From: a virus
Virus record (IMG/VR): IMGVR_UViG_3300022917_000004
Coordinates: 1 to 45,608 of that record
Reading direction: 5' to 3' (one strand)
DNA: 45,608 nt
The translations under genes and the position numbers were made by a program. How positions within the stretch are numbered: the first letter of the stretch is position 1; each line of letters begins with the position of its first letter. The notes under the pieces are model-generated. The model saw nothing but the letters and a program-made list of their open reading frames with translations, was not told where the DNA came from and did not search any database. This document shows positions 26,301-32,985 of this stretch, in pieces.

Positions 26301-27129
26301 AAGAGGTAACGTCAGAGACCGCACCAGTGATCTTGAAGACCACGAAATTCTGCGCCGCCGACGCTTTGCGAATCGTGATCTGGCCTTTCGACGGATTGTT
26401 GGAGTCATCCCACGTCGCCACCCAATCGGAAACGTCTGGATTGCCGGTGATCGAGGACAACGCGCTCAACGCGATCTGTGTCACAGACGGCAGCGCCACG
26501 TTGTCGAAGCGCACGTTGCCGGTGCCGGGATCTATCATCGTGGTTGTAGTGGCGTACTTCCACGGAAACGCGTTCGCGGTCGCCGCTTGAGCCGCACTCG
26601 CCGCTGCTGCCGCCGCACTGTTCGACGCGTTGGTCGCAGACCCAGCGGCAGCGGTCGCACTACCAGCAGCGTCGGTCGCACTTGTGGCTGCTTGACCAGC
26701 GGACACAGCCGCTGCGGCAGCAGCCGCTTCCGCGTCGGTGGTCGCTTGCGTGAAGTCGGCCAACAAAACCCATTTGCCAGCGGCTAGGTCTGTTGCAAAG
26801 ACAGTGGACGTGTGGCTGATCTCGCAAAGATAAAAACCGTTGTCCGCAAAGACCGTGTCGCCCGGGAAGTAATCGTACCCCGGCACCCACGGCTCTGGCG
26901 CACCAAACCCGAGCAGCACTTCGTCTTTTAACTGATCGCGGCCAACCGAACCATTCTCCAACGCACCATCGTCACGTTGAATCAGATCAAGATGCTGGAT
27001 GATGTCGTCAGTCGTAATCTTGATCGCATTGTATTCCTGATCGAGCTTCGGAGCCGGATACGGGTCCGTTGGCGCGAGCGCCTGATCGTTCTGGAGGTTC
27101 GTGATGCGGTCGTATGGGATGATCGCCAT
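23365..27129 (-). CDS. Tail fibre/tailspike, 1254 aa, with an Ala-rich coiled region, a beta-helix (pectate-lyase-like) depolymerase region and a C-terminal S74 intramolecular chaperone domain
   Basis: GGAANDDTLAFLALANYV region typical of tailspike beta-helices; C-terminus SSDARLKEDL...YGIVAQQANEVYP...VDYSKYVPVLLQELKALRARV matches Peptidase_S74. Confidence 0.75.
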   Translation of the reverse strand: MAIIPYDRITNLQNDQALAPTDPYPAPKLDQEYNAIKITTDDIIQHLDLIQRDDGALENGSVGRDQLKDEVLLGFGAPEPWVPGYDYFPGDTVFADNGFYLCEISHTSTVFATDLAAGKWVLLADFTQATTDAEAAAAAAAVSAGQAATSATDAAGSATAAAGSATNASNSAAAAAASAAQAATANAFPWKYATTTTMIDPGTGNVRFDNVALPSVTQIALSALSSITGNPDVSDWVATWDDSNNPSKGQITIRKASAAQNFVVFKITGAVSDVTSWLQVPVSYVTHSGSFASLDTLNVEFTRAGDAGTTTVVGGIAEAPINGSTYGRKDAGWIAVAATSAAGIPFTPSGNVAANNVQVAIQELDTEKVAKAGDTMTGNLTLAAPAYHNFLFLNAAESFANAVRGQRAGVNRWQVIYGDGSASDNFVVTGWNDAGTALNPLYIVRGQNVPSTDGVPTSPSHVVNKSYADTKVAKTGDGMTGPLRIARQMAIPDNAVPFLGIDGGFADFPNIAAIDWTLNGDLTKTVCRMGMQLVAPTSSADLVFNASGNFTATGVEMMRLEGAAGRLKLLGDPINPLHAATKQYVDAVSGGGSGGGGSIEVESRTDLAGKIIPATVSRIRIGRYSAAHPHAPAWYERGSVAARLPVTDGGGVSWHLSQQQDDMFIEAVGIKGGAANDDTLAFLALANYVNAVGGGLTLHCYPNQEYIVWPTNASISTTGTVLMPFASVKGLRWYFNGAYLHIKYPTASSTIVVRFNACRDVWVQGFKSVHDYGYTDFTVGNLRHVLCENGSKSIHFLNGDLAGGHTGFGCVRAAGAAPRCSNLTFTGKISELYYAIDGQYDGDDCTYDVVCNHVGRAIICYGCRGLKARVDVDNFVNQAVMVAGYAYPATDVNASYTESEIWLRTRGTTPFTNFLIAITAQQGLPASFEGGCKIRCKLHLDVQIGATPSTQSLMVLHSYKSSGGTQVLGTPATLHDVVVEIDGTITGTCSAGVQYWAELGSAAMGWVSPIQPHVNFNGLVAKEMARPMLAGARLLGTALNCYFPLGQQVWEGGVPNHDAWRVINSYFANISLNARLRTFQLKVDDTAVFNTLFGGAVAADFGFNASVGLKYPGSSTSYGMAFKSATDTSGGVGPMVFLNASTALTGSISQATSSVSYNTSSDARLKEDLKSFDAGNIVDNTNVYDFAWKTTGERSYGIVAQQANEVYPTAITYNKEADWWGVDYSKYVPVLLQELKALRARVADLEGKLEARPA

Positions 27130-27269
27130 GAGCCAGACCTACCAAGCGCGGTAGAGCCGTTGGCGACACGGCATTGCGGCCACTCGCACGACGCGTCTGG
27201 CTTCGCCAGACTTGTCGTCGCTCGTGCGGGCTTCGCCCCCACAAGCAGTCTCTTATAACCCCGAACAAC

Positions 27270-28037
27270 TCACGCCGACAACTGTACCGGCGCACCAAGC
27301 TCGCCAATGATGTTCGCGATGCTCTTGGGCTTTCGAACTTGGGTCGCTGGGTCTGTCTGCGGTTTGGCCAAGGGCGCTAGTGCATCCGCGAAGATGCTGC
27401 CGAGCATCTGCTGTTGTCCCAACGCTGCGCCCATTGGGTTATTCACGGGAGCGCCAGCAGCAACAGCCCCGACATCAGGACCAGCGCCAGCAGGAGGGAC
27501 AGAACTCGTACCCGAAGAACTCGTACCTGGAGATCCTGGAACAGCGGTCCCCTCATACTTCGCCTTCCACTGATCTAAAAAAGCCTGGGCTGGTGCGTCT
27601 GGATTGCCAGCATTCAAGGCCACTGCGTCGCGCGCGATCTTCGGATCTTTGTAAAACGCGCTTAGGACTTCCGCTGCTGGTCTGTTTGGATTCTGAATCA
27701 ACGCCGGACCGCCAGCAGCACCTTGCTGATGGGTCATGTAAACTTCCCAAGGTGCGGGTTCTCGGCCTAATTTTGTTCTGAGCGCGCTCATGTTGTCGCG
27801 AATGTATCGTGCGCCAGCGTCGACGTTGGCCTCTGCGTCCAGGGGATTGCGGCCGTTACCGTATTTGTCCCAACTGCCACCAGGCTTGGTCAAAAACTGA
27901 TAGACGCCACGCGCGCTGGAGTTTGGATTCGCGGAGTTCGGGTTCATCCCGCTCTCAATCTGAGCGATCCTCAACATCATCTCAGGCGAGAGCTGATACC
28001 TCGCGGCCGCATCCTGGATGATCGAGCGCAGATCCAT
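27270..28037 (-). CDS. Lytic transglycosylase (SLT domain) virion-associated muralytic protein, 255 aa
   Basis: IAQIESGMNPNSANPNSSARGVYQF ... YMTHQQG motifs; low-complexity Pro/Gly/Ser C-terminal half. Confidence 0.75.
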   Translation of the reverse strand: MDLRSIIQDAAARYQLSPEMMLRIAQIESGMNPNSANPNSSARGVYQFLTKPGGSWDKYGNGRNPLDAEANVDAGARYIRDNMSALRTKLGREPAPWEVYMTHQQGAAGGPALIQNPNRPAAEVLSAFYKDPKIARDAVALNAGNPDAPAQAFLDQWKAKYEGTAVPGSPGTSSSGTSSVPPAGAGPDVGAVAAGAPVNNPMGAALGQQQMLGSIFADALAPLAKPQTDPATQVRKPKSIANIIGELGAPVQLSA

Positions 28038-28054
28038 CTTTGGCCACGAAAAGG

Positions 28055-28092
28055 CGGGGCTGGGGAAGACCGGGGGGCGAACCCCAGCCCCG
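28055..28092 (-). terminator. GC-rich hairpin (11-bp stem) followed by CCTTTTCG on the minus strand, just upstream of the SLT start; terminator or attenuator
   Basis: CGGGGCTGGGG at 28055..28065 pairs with CCCCAGCCCCG at 28082..28092. Confidence 0.4.
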
Positions 28093-28492
28093 AAAGATCG
28101 TGAGGGCGAACGCCAAGAACACCCTCAACCACCTACAAACGCACATAGCACGCCAAACAGACGAACAACAGCCATTTTTAGGGGTTTTCAGCGCCCGAGC
28201 AGCCCCTGTGCCGACCCCGAGCAGGCTTTTGAGGGCCTCGAACACTAGGAACATGGTCCTAAAAGCTCTGAATATATTGAAAATTTAGCGAAAATGGCTT
28301 GGCCGTTCGCTGCTCGCGCGTCGCGGGGGGTGCCGGGGGCACGGTCCGGGGCATGGTCCGGGTCCGTCTTTTATCAACGATATCAAAGGCTTAGAGCCTA
28401 CGCGCCTGCCCCGTCCAAGGCATAAAAGACAGGCCACGGGGCGCATTGCCCCGATCATGCCCCGCACCCTTTGGAGCCTAGAGAAGACTGAA

Positions 28493-28954
28493 TTAGTCCA
28501 ATACACTCAAAGGGTTAGCGTCGTTTGCCGTGTCAAATGACGCGTCAAATTCAAGCGCCTTCACTGGAGTCGAGCGCGCGAATAGTTCCGTCTCAAGCCT
28601 CTCGACCAAAGCCCGGAGGTTTTTCGCAGGCATTTCACTAAGGTTTTCAATGGGTTGCGCCAATTGAAGCGCCGTCTGCGAGACGACTCCAGCGCGGTCT
28701 AGTATGTCCGACGCTGCCAAGCGCCTGACCGCTGCGGGGATCGCTGAATCGGTCGCCAGCCGCACTAAAACCGACAAGGCTTGCGGCGCTGCCGATAGCA
28801 ATTGCGCCTGCATTCCGTCACGCGTGGCTTTCAGAATCGCGCGGTTGTGAATCGCCTTTTGAACGCTGATTCCGCTGGCGTTCGCGGCTTTCCTAGAACT
28901 GCCGGTCGACAAAATTACATCGACGAAAATTCTCTCATTCGGAGTTAGCGCCAT
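28493..28954 (-). CDS. terS: Terminase small subunit-like protein, 153 aa
   Basis: LTPNERIFVDVILSTGSSRKAANASGIS... and ...RRLAASDILDRAGV resemble the Terminase_2 family; first gene of the late strand. Confidence 0.55.
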   Translation of the reverse strand: MALTPNERIFVDVILSTGSSRKAANASGISVQKAIHNRAILKATRDGMQAQLLSAAPQALSVLVRLATDSAIPAAVRRLAASDILDRAGVVSQTALQLAQPIENLSEMPAKNLRALVERLETELFARSTPVKALEFDASFDTANDANPLSVLD

Positions 28955-28992
28955 GATTCCGTGACTATATCCCCAAACCGCCTAGATTCCTG

Positions 28993-29022
28993 TTGACCTT
29001 GTTGGGAGTTGTGAGCGATAAC
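28993..29022 (+). promoter_or_regulatory. Candidate rightward early promoter (TTGACC, 18 nt, GATAAC)
   Basis: Hexamers read directly in the 134-bp divergent gap upstream of the AAA+ gene. Confidence 0.3.
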
Positions 29023-29088
29023 CTAAGTGGGGGCGTAGACCCTCACAACGCAAAACAACTAACCCATTGAAAACGCAGGAAAAAGCAA

Positions 29089-30288
29089 ATGTCCAGAACG
29101 CCAACCATGTCCGTCACGGAACTAGAGTCGCTGCTAGGTCCGCGCGGTCAACTGATCGTAACCACCGAAAACCGCGCCACCGCTCGCAAGTGGCTTACTG
29201 CACAAGGCTTGCCGTCTTTGTTTGTTGGCGGCTTGGCCATGCGCGCCATCGGAGCGGCTTACAATGAAACCGATGGCAAGGCGCTTGAACGCTTGAAGGC
29301 GCAAGCCGCAGACGCCACCGCAGACGCCGCAGACGAAGACTCCGCGACACTGCCGCAGACGTTGCCGACATTGCCGCAGACGCTGCCGACAATCCCGACG
29401 CTGCCGAACGACAAGGCAGCGGCGTTGCAGACGTTGCTAGGCTTGCTTGGCAGTAGTGGTGGCGGCTTAGACGCGGACGCTGTCCGCGACATTGTCCGCA
29501 AAGAATTGCCGAACCTGATTCCCGTGACGCGGCTTGAGATCGTGACTGCAAGCGGGACAAAAGACCACGGCAGCAAGCCGCGCCACAAGACTCTGCCGAC
29601 GCTGATTCAGGCGCTTGCACAAAAGCTACCTGTTGCGCTTGTCGGCCCCGCTGGCAGCGGCAAAACCACCGCAGCGGAACAAGCGGCAGAAGCCCTAGAG
29701 GTTAAGTTTTACATTCAAGGCGCGGTGCAAGGCGCGCACGAATTGCTAGGCTTTGTCGACGCGCACGGCCGCTATCAATCCACGCCATTTCGCCAAGCCT
29801 TTGAGCATGGCGGAATCGTTTGTCTGGATGAACTAGACGCTGGCGACGCTGCGGGGATTCTCGTCTGCAATTCGGCGCTGGCGAATGGTTACATGGCTTT
29901 CCCCGACTCCACCGAACCCGTAAAGCGCCACGCTGATTTCGTCGTCGTGGCTTGCTTGAATACTTACGGAACAGGCGCAGACCGCGTCTATGTCGGCCGC
30001 AATCAAATGGATGGCGCGACAATGGATCGCTTTGTCGTGCTGTTGTGGAATTACGATGAACGCTTAGAGCGCGCCATTTGCGGTAACGACTCATGGTGCG
30101 ACCGCGTACAGGCGCTGCGGTCAGGCGCTGCAAAGGAAAAAGCGCGCGTTGTCATATCGCCACGCGCTTCAATCTATGGCGCGCGTTTGCTTGCCTCTGG
30201 CATGACTCAGCACGTTGTCGAAGAGTCTGTTGTCTGGAAAGGCATCGACTCCGAATTGCGCCGCCGCATCGAAACCGCAGCGGCTTAG
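29089..30288 (+). CDS. AAA+ ATPase (AAA_5 / MoxR-CobS-like), 399 aa
   Basis: Walker A GPAGSGKT, Walker B IVCLDELD, ...MDRFVVL sensor region; AGGA RBS; repetitive acidic/LPQT linker in the N-terminal third. Confidence 0.8.
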   Translation: MSRTPTMSVTELESLLGPRGQLIVTTENRATARKWLTAQGLPSLFVGGLAMRAIGAAYNETDGKALERLKAQAADATADAADEDSATLPQTLPTLPQTLPTIPTLPNDKAAALQTLLGLLGSSGGGLDADAVRDIVRKELPNLIPVTRLEIVTASGTKDHGSKPRHKTLPTLIQALAQKLPVALVGPAGSGKTTAAEQAAEALEVKFYIQGAVQGAHELLGFVDAHGRYQSTPFRQAFEHGGIVCLDELDAGDAAGILVCNSALANGYMAFPDSTEPVKRHADFVVVACLNTYGTGADRVYVGRNQMDGATMDRFVVLLWNYDERLERAICGNDSWCDRVQALRSGAAKEKARVVISPRASIYGARLLASGMTQHVVEESVVWKGIDSELRRRIETAAA

Positions 30289-30299
30289 TGGGGGCGACA

Positions 30300-31220
30300 A
30301 TGGCAAAAAGACAAACCATAGAACGGCGCGGCGATAACAGCGGCTTGGAGTCGGTAATCCCGACTCCAAATCAATCCCGCGTTTGGCTTTCCTATTGGAG
30401 CACGCCAGAGACTCTAGCGTCGTTTGTCGCGACGCTAGGTCACGGCGAGTCCAATTGGCACAAATCCGCTTGGACAAACGATAAGGCTTTCACTGGAACG
30501 CATAGCATGTCCGACGCGATTAACCTCTGCCGCGATGGCTGGCCAGAGGGTGCGGCGCGTGCCGCCAAGCTACGCGACCAAATCAACGCCGCGAATCCAA
30601 TGGGGCCGCGCGTCGTTAAATGGGACGTGGCCGGAGCGGTGGCCAGCGTGCCCCGCGCTCTGGCTGGCAATCCTCTAAACATGCGGCGCGTCGACTCCGC
30701 CAAGCTACGCCGCAAGCCTGTCCTGACTCTGTTGTCCGATATGACAAACGGCGCAAACGTAAACGCCAAGGCGATCACAAACCGCGCCGCTGTTGTCGCC
30801 GCTGTTGTCGACGCGATAGAGGCCGCTGGCTTTGCTTGCGAGGTCATCACGTTTGAAAAATCAGGCAAAGAAAACCTGACTCAAATCGTGGCGGCAACCG
30901 TCAAGGAATCAGGCGCGCAAGCAGACATTGGGCGGCTTGCTTTCGCTCTAGGTCATGCGTCTTTTTATCGTCGCATATCGTGGGCGGCTTTCACCTGCGA
31001 GGATTTCACTAGCGATATCGGCAGCGGCTTAGGTCAATGCCAGTCTATTGACCGCGACGAAGCCAACAAGCGCGGCGCTTATATTCTGCCGACGACAAAC
31101 AACGCCGAGTCGTTTTTCAGGACAGAAGAAAGCGCCGCGACCGATGGACTCGCCTATCTCATTAAGGCGCTGCGGCAACAGGATTGCCCCGCGTTCCCAA
31201 AACTAGACGAAGCCGCATAA
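30300..31220 (+). CDS. CobT/vWA-like partner of the AAA+ ATPase (degenerate MIDAS), 306 aa
   Basis: Internal ATG at 30300 after GGGGG. KPVLTLLSDMTNGANVNAKAITNRAAVVAAVVDAIEAAGFACEVITF resembles the CobT vWA beta1-alpha1-beta2 region, but with DMTNG in place of DxSGS. Confidence 0.45.
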   Translation: MAKRQTIERRGDNSGLESVIPTPNQSRVWLSYWSTPETLASFVATLGHGESNWHKSAWTNDKAFTGTHSMSDAINLCRDGWPEGAARAAKLRDQINAANPMGPRVVKWDVAGAVASVPRALAGNPLNMRRVDSAKLRRKPVLTLLSDMTNGANVNAKAITNRAAVVAAVVDAIEAAGFACEVITFEKSGKENLTQIVAATVKESGAQADIGRLAFALGHASFYRRISWAAFTCEDFTSDIGSGLGQCQSIDRDEANKRGAYILPTTNNAESFFRTEESAATDGLAYLIKALRQQDCPAFPKLDEAA

Positions 31221-31306
31221 GACCGAAACGCGCGCCCCGCTTGGCGCGCGTCATGCCGTGACGCGGCATCTGATGAAGGTCAGTAACCCCTAAAGGATGA
31301 AACGCC

Positions 31307-31804
31307 ATGTCCTGCCCCGACCCGCTTGCCAATGTCCTGTTGAGAATTGCGGAATTGAACGCGCAACAATTCCGCGCCTCTGGCGAATTACCCGCGACTC
31401 TAATTATCGGGCCGCGCCGTCGACAAGATGGCTTTGAGGTTTTGCCGCTTGAGGCAATAACCTTGCGCGCCGTACAGCACGAAATCGCAGACGCTTGCCT
31501 GACCATTACTTGCCTTGAAGGTCACTTGATGGAACAGCGCCGCGACGAAGCCGGGCGCTTTCCTCCAGAGCCAAACCCCGACACTATCGCGGACAATCCC
31601 GACGCACGCCGCTGCTACGTTTATTTGGCGCAAGCCATCGACGGGACTCGCGCTTGCGCCGTTCAATATGTTTTGAGGCCAGAGCATGGGAGCGCGACAC
31701 TTGCCCCGCTCAAAATTCTAACTGACCACAACGTGGCAATTGTCGACGCGGACCTTACAGACCTAGCGCGCCCTGGTCGCCGCGCTCCCCGCTCAACGCA
31801 CTAA
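31307..31804 (+). CDS. Hypothetical protein, 165 aa
   Basis: ORF track; AAGGA RBS. Confidence 0.6.
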   Translation: MSCPDPLANVLLRIAELNAQQFRASGELPATLIIGPRRRQDGFEVLPLEAITLRAVQHEIADACLTITCLEGHLMEQRRDEAGRFPPEPNPDTIADNPDARRCYVYLAQAIDGTRACAVQYVLRPEHGSATLAPLKILTDHNVAIVDADLTDLARPGRRAPRSTH

Positions 31805-31814
31805 GCCAGCGCCC

Positions 31815-31898
31815 ATGATTTCGCTGGCTTGCGTTGTCCTACCCCGCATTGGCGCGGCGCTATTGGCGATTGCCATTTGCGCCGCGCTGTTCTCCTAA
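31815..31898 (+). CDS. Mini-ORF, 27 aa hydrophobic peptide (MISLACVVLPRIGAALLAIAICAALFS)
   Basis: Read directly from the sequence; no clear SD, so weakest of the three. Confidence 0.3.
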   Translation: MISLACVVLPRIGAALLAIAICAALFS

Positions 31899-31918
31899 CC
31901 CCAAACCGGAGTCGCACC

Positions 31919-32002
31919 ATGCGAATCCTTTTCGATCTAGTCGCCAGCGCGACTCTTATCGCCGCGCTTTTCGTTTTCGCCGCGCTGGCTTGCGGCGCTT
32001 AA
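31919..32002 (+). CDS. Mini-ORF, 27 aa hydrophobic peptide (MRILFDLVASATLIAALFVFAALACGA)
   Basis: GGAG 7 nt upstream of the ATG; a single predicted TM. Confidence 0.4.
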   Translation: MRILFDLVASATLIAALFVFAALACGA

Positions 32003-32026
32003 ACCCTCTCACAAGGAATCTGAATC

Positions 32027-32173
32027 ATGCTGGTAATCGCAGGCGGAATCATTCTCGCCGTTGCTTTGGTGTTTGTTGCCTTAGTCGTGCTCGCCTTCCT
32101 CCCCGAAATAGTACGCGTCACAGGCGCGCTGTTGCTTGGCGGCTTCGTCCTACTCAAACTATTCGGAGGATAG
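32027..32173 (+). CDS. Mini-ORF, 48 aa two-TM peptide (MLVIAGGIILAVALVFVALVVLAFLPEIVRVTGALLLGGFVLLKLFGG)
   Basis: AAGGAA upstream; immediately followed by a strong terminator. Confidence 0.45.
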   Translation: MLVIAGGIILAVALVFVALVVLAFLPEIVRVTGALLLGGFVLLKLFGG

Positions 32174-32190
32174 AGTCCTGCGACCACTTG

Positions 32191-32221
32191 CCGGGGGCAT
32201 CGCGCCCCTGGTCTTTTTTTT
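32191..32221 (+). terminator. Rho-independent terminator ending early operon A
   Basis: CCGGGGGC-atcgc-GCCCCTGG hairpin followed by TC and then 8 T (32214..32221). Confidence 0.7.
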
Positions 32222-32306
32222 GTTGCGGTCTTTTGGTCCGCGTCCCCTGCCCCACCCTACCTGGCGGGCGCGGCGCAGCTCCGTCGAAAAACGTCTCTAA
32301 TATTTT

Positions 32307-32388
32307 TTATGGATTCCCAAATTCCTGGGAAAATCCCCCGCGACGAAAAGTTTCGGGCCATAAATTTTCTTATGGATTCCGAAACTCC
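32307..32388 (+). repeat. Two 19-bp direct repeats TTATGGATTCC(C/G)AAA(T/C)TCC, 63 bp apart
   Basis: Copies at 32307..32325 and 32370..32388 in the convergent non-coding gap; 17/19 identical. Confidence 0.6.
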
Positions 32389-32430
32389 AGACTAAAAAGA
32401 CGGCCTGGCGACGCCGAAGTTCTCCACCGA

Positions 32431-32985
32431 TTATCCCCTGTGGTTGGGCTGAAAAAGACGGCCACCCCTCGATTTCAGATTTTCAGGCGCACTGGGCAAC
32501 GCCAGCACGTCGACCGTCTCACAGGTTGGGTCGTCGAGCACCGCCGCCCGCAACTCCACCGCCCACTGACTCAGACGCCACAAATGCCTCGGCTCGATGT
32601 GCTCGCCCCGCTTGGCCATCGCCCCCAACACAACAGCCGACAGGTGGATCTCCTGCCACGCCGGGTTGTCGGCTTTGTCGAGCATCGCCCTCAACTGATG
32701 TTGTGCGCCGTGGCCGATTGGCTTTTTCCGCCCCACCATCCGGCCAAGCAACGCCTCCCCGTACCAGCGCCCCGGCTCCATTGCCACTAGGAGCCTCACC
32801 CATTGAGCGGAGACCCTCACCACCCCTCGGGAGACCATCCCGAACACGGGACCGCTCCCAGAGGCCCAGCGGGCCTTGGTACTCAAGCGGCTGCGGTCCC
32901 AGCGTTCCTCCTGCCGCCGCACCCGGCGCTGTACCTTCGCCACCTGCGCGTCCAAGGCGGCGGTGTCTTTCCATAGTCTCAGCAT
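32431..32985 (-). CDS. Hypothetical protein, 184 aa
   Basis: Internal ATG 32985 (MLRLWKDTAALDAQ...) overlapping the stop of the upstream gene by 7 nt; the longer ORF to 33081 overlaps that gene. Confidence 0.5.
   Translation of the reverse strand: MLRLWKDTAALDAQVAKVQRRVRRQEERWDRSRLSTKARWASGSGPVFGMVSRGVVRVSAQWVRLLVAMEPGRWYGEALLGRMVGRKKPIGHGAQHQLRAMLDKADNPAWQEIHLSAVVLGAMAKRGEHIEPRHLWRLSQWAVELRAAVLDDPTCETVDVLALPSAPENLKSRGGRLFQPNHRG

Noticed and set aside
23365-27129. Looked for a diversity-generating retroelement (template/variable repeat pair plus reverse transcriptase) associated with the tail fibre. Also looked for retron or other RT-based systems anywhere in the window.
   Set aside because: No reverse-transcriptase-like ORF (no YxDD motif protein) was seen, and no near-identical adenine-mutated repeat of the fibre 3' end was noticed.
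28040-28506. ORFs 28040..28288 (+), 27982..28254 (-) and 28285..28506 (-) in the terS-SLT gap.
   Set aside because: They have implausible compositions (Pro/Arg/Gly/Cys-rich) and no RBS, and they overlap neighbouring genes or GC-rich hairpins. The region is treated as non-coding.
29009-29022. TTGTGAGCGATAAC, which resembles the E. coli lac operator core (TTGTGAGCGGATAACAA).
   Set aside because: It is one base shorter than lacO, lacks the symmetric second half, and no LacI-family gene is present. It probably just overlaps the -10 region of the early promoter and could be a chance similarity.
31834-32790. 318-aa plus-strand ORF spanning the mini-ORF region, the terminator and the convergent gap.
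   Set aside because: - Its R/P/S-rich composition is implausible.
- It runs straight through a strong rho-independent terminator and into the antisense of the 184-aa gene.
- The three short hydrophobic ORFs with RBS-like sequences explain the region better.
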